Source: Mogibacterium sp. (GTDB taxonomy: Bacteria; Bacillota; Clostridia; Peptostreptococcales; Anaerovoracaceae). Taken from it: DNA of 64,000 nucleotides. Position numbers and translations under genes: made by a program. Shown piece after piece: positions 61,334 to 64,000 of this stretch (position 1 is its first letter; each line of letters begins with the position of its first letter). The notes beneath the pieces are model-generated. The model was not told the DNA's origin, did no database searches, and saw only the letters and a program-made list of their open reading frames with translations. The stretch lies in the NCBI RefSeq assembly GCF_016775335.1, contig NZ_JAEUGJ010000010.1; one strand, written 5' to 3'.

Positions 61334-61427
61334 AAATTGCGGATGCCGAAGATGCAGGCGGGTGTTCTTCTCCCCCCGATTCGAGCGCTCGGTCAACCTG
61401 CACGGTGGGATTCGCAATTTTATTTTT
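61334..61427 (+). ncRNA. Candidate structured RNA (sRNA or attenuator leader)
   Basis: Nested stems spanning 61334-61420, just after a TGnTACAAT -10 (61319-61327) and followed by a T tract; family not recognised. Confidence 0.4.
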
Positions 61428-61461
61428 ACAGAACTTATCGAAACAGACAGGGGTAAGAGCA

Positions 61462-64000
61462 ATGAAGAAAAAGACTCACCGAATGAAGACCGCAGGGAAA
61501 AAGCTGACGGTACTGGCGCTGGCTTGCGGAATGACGATTAGCATGATGCCGTTCCAAGCCGCAGCGGCGACGGAATCGGAACTGCCGAACCTGGCCGCCT
61601 CCGCCAAGGGGAGCCGCCTCACCGGATCCGTCAATTCCGGGAAGAAGTATCCGGAATGCGTACCGAATCAGGTGGTAGTGCAGTACAAGGAAGGCGCCGT
61701 TACCACGGATGCGCCGACGGCCAAGGAGAAGAAGATGGCCCGCCGGGCAGCCACGGCGGAATCCTTCGGTAGCGCCATGAAGGAGAAGTCCGGCGATCGG
61801 CAGAAGAAGGCGGAGAACACGTTGGGACAGCAGGCGGCAATTCTGGAGAAATCCCTGGATAAATATGAGATTCAGGATACGATTGCCCTGACCCCGACGA
61901 AATCCTCGGAGGACGAGACGGTCATCAGTATCGTTTCCTCGAAGGACGGCAGCGCCAAGACTTTGGCAAAGGAACTGGAGAAGAACCCGGAAATCGAGAA
62001 CGCGGAACCGAACTATATTTTTGAGGCGAAGGACACGGCATCTCAGACGGGATGGAACGACGAGTACCTCCGCACCGCATGGCAGCTGGACGGCATTCAC
62101 GCCTCCGCCGGCTGGGATGCCTATGACAAAACCCCGGAGAAATCCGCAAAGGACGTGGTGGTTGCGGTAATGGATACGGGAATCGATTACGAACACGAGG
62201 AACTGAAGAGCCATATGTGGAAGGCCCCGAAGGGCTTTAAGCTTACCGGTACCTACGGACACGATTTTGTAGAGGAAGAGGCGGACTTCTGGGACATCCT
62301 CCTGGGCGGCAATACTTCCGATGATCCGGACGGCATCGATCCTATGGACCAGAACGGCCACGGCACCCACTGCGCCGGCATCATCGCGGCACAGGCCAAC
62401 AACGGCACCGGCACCGCCGGCGTATTCGGCAGCGACAAATCCGGCGACAGCAGCGGCATCCGGCTGATGGGCGTTCGGGTGCTGGACAGCGACGGCAGCG
62501 GCACCCTGAGCGGAATCCTCAAAGGTTTCTACTATACTATCCGGGCCAAGCAGCTGGGCGTGAACCTGAAAGCCATCAACTGCTCCTTTGGCGGGGAAGT
62601 GGATTCCGACATTTACGACTCCGTCATCGACGAAGCGGGCAAAGCGGGCATTCTCACCATCTGCGCCGCCGGAAACGAGGCGTCGGACAACGACGTAACC
62701 GCCAGTGCTCCGGCCAACACCGGCTCCGATTACGGCGTTTCGGTGGCGGCCTCCGGCGAGGACGGCACCCTGGCATCCTACTCCAACTACGGAAAGCGGA
62801 ACGTGGACGTGATGGCGCCGGGCACCAACATCCTCTCCTCAGTGAGCTATTCGAACTACACCCCGTGGCTGTACTCCGCCGATAAGGTGAAACAGCTGTC
62901 GGAGTATTACGGAGAATTCAATAAGGATTCCATAAAAGAAAACGGCATCACCCCGGTAACCGGTACGGACGCTTCCGGCAAATCCATCGACGGCATGAAG
63001 GAGTTCGGCGCCGCGGTGACCGGAAAGAAGCTGAGCAAGGGCAGCAAGGGAAAAGCGGAGCTGTCCATCGACGAATCCGAAGACGCTAATTTCCGCGCCT
63101 CCGGCGACAAAACCGCGCTGAAGTGGAAGATCACCGGCGCAAAGAACGGGGACATGTTCCTGCTGTACTTCCCGTATGAAAAGAGCGGGGAATCGGATGG
63201 ATCCAACACCTATTGCAACATCGCATACCGGACCATCACCCGGGGCGGTGCCTCCGGATTCTTTATCGCGGGCGACATTGCGGCGGACGTATCGGATCAG
63301 GGAACCATCCAGTCCCTGAACGTGGCCTCCGAGGATATCAACCAGACGGATTCCGGCATGAACGACGTGTGGAGAGCCGAAGGAAATACGGATTTGTTCT
63401 CCGCCGCAAATGCGAAGGGTCAGAACTTCGGCCTGGGATTCATCTATCAGGTGGGAGAAGAGGGGGATGCCACCATCGAAATCAGCTCCCTGGGAATTTC
63501 CAAAGCCGGTGCGGATGCGGATCGATTCGGCAAATACGCTCTGTACTCCGGAACCTCCATGGCTACTCCGGTGGTTACCGGTTCCGTGGCCCTGATTGCG
63601 GCGATGAACCCGACTGCGGATGCGAAGCAGCTGAAATCCATCCTGTATCAGACCACCAACAATCAGTATAAGAACGAAGTATCCACCGGCGGCGGAATCG
63701 ATTTCGACGAATACACCGCCGACAGCGTTTCCGCCAAACCGGCCGTCCGGTCGGCCAAGGTGGATCCGAAGAAGAATCAGGTGATTCTGGAGGGCGCCGG
63801 ATTCGGAACCAATCCGGAAATCACGGTGACCAATACGGTTCAGGACACCAAGCGGGATATCGCTTCCAAGGATGTGGCCTCCGACGGCAGCAAAATCACC
63901 ATTTCCAATGCATCCTCGTACAATCTGGCGGGAAGCAGTATTGCTTTTAGCATAAAGAACGGAGAGAAGACGGGCAGAGGCACCTTCTACCTGGTAAAAG
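61462..64000 (+). CDS. Secreted S8 (subtilisin-like) serine protease, partial (runs off the window; not in the ORF track)
   Basis: Manual translation MKKKTHRMKTAGKKLTVLALACGMTISMMPFQAAA signal peptide; VAVMDTGID, HGTHCAG, AAGN and SGTSMATP catalytic motifs. Confidence 0.92.
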   Translation, partial: MKKKTHRMKTAGKKLTVLALACGMTISMMPFQAAAATESELPNLAASAKGSRLTGSVNSGKKYPECVPNQVVVQYKEGAVTTDAPTAKEKKMARRAATAESFGSAMKEKSGDRQKKAENTLGQQAAILEKSLDKYEIQDTIALTPTKSSEDETVISIVSSKDGSAKTLAKELEKNPEIENAEPNYIFEAKDTASQTGWNDEYLRTAWQLDGIHASAGWDAYDKTPEKSAKDVVVAVMDTGIDYEHEELKSHMWKAPKGFKLTGTYGHDFVEEEADFWDILLGGNTSDDPDGIDPMDQNGHGTHCAGIIAAQANNGTGTAGVFGSDKSGDSSGIRLMGVRVLDSDGSGTLSGILKGFYYTIRAKQLGVNLKAINCSFGGEVDSDIYDSVIDEAGKAGILTICAAGNEASDNDVTASAPANTGSDYGVSVAASGEDGTLASYSNYGKRNVDVMAPGTNILSSVSYSNYTPWLYSADKVKQLSEYYGEFNKDSIKENGITPVTGTDASGKSIDGMKEFGAAVTGKKLSKGSKGKAELSIDESEDANFRASGDKTALKWKITGAKNGDMFLLYFPYEKSGESDGSNTYCNIAYRTITRGGASGFFIAGDIAADVSDQGTIQSLNVASEDINQTDSGMNDVWRAEGNTDLFSAANAKGQNFGLGFIYQVGEEGDATIEISSLGISKAGADADRFGKYALYSGTSMATPVVTGSVALIAAMNPTADAKQLKSILYQTTNNQYKNEVSTGGGIDFDEYTADSVSAKPAVRSAKVDPKKNQVILEGAGFGTNPEITVTNTVQDTKRDIASKDVASDGSKITISNASSYNLAGSSIAFSIKNGEKTGRGTFYLVK

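Noticed and set aside
61334..61427. SRP RNA or a known riboswitch
   Set aside because: It lacks the SRP helix-8 GGAA tetraloop with its CAGG/AGCAG internal loop, and I could not match any riboswitch consensus.

Overview
This window spans the chromosomal replication origin of a moderately GC-rich clostridial anaerobe (lineage inferred from gene content only). The left arm holds rpsF (partial), dtd, plsC, a secreted multi-rhodanese protein, a nitroreductase and gyrA-gyrB-recF-dnaN-oriC-dnaA. The right arm holds rpmH-rnpA-yidD-yidC-jag-mnmE-mnmG-rsmG, three perfect parS sites, parA-parB-gdpP-rplI-helicase-DnaD, then M23 peptidase, divIC, rnmV, rsmA, LTA synthase, rho, a DUF1385-PrmC fusion and ddl. 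Further right are a folate operon, superoxide reductase, a trimeric [FeFe]-hydrogenase (HydCBA), proC, aroD, tRNA-Arg(CCU), purC/purA, ung, a GNAT plus ATP-grasp pair and a partial S8 protease. The most notable observations are: (1) a 107-codon ORF missed by the ORF track (52773-53096, minus) with an in-frame UGA in a T-S-U-C motif followed by a SECIS-like hairpin, apparently co-transcribed with proC; (2) an AT-rich four-gene islet (small ORF, DUF4417, Gly-leader HExxH protein, unknown) bracketed by parS sites between rsmG and parA; (3) a DnaD protein fused to what looks like only the Zn-binding N-terminal half of the helicase loader, with no ATPase domain; (4) a candidate ~90-nt structured RNA ahead of the S8 protease. 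All family calls come from motif recognition by eye; no database searches were run.
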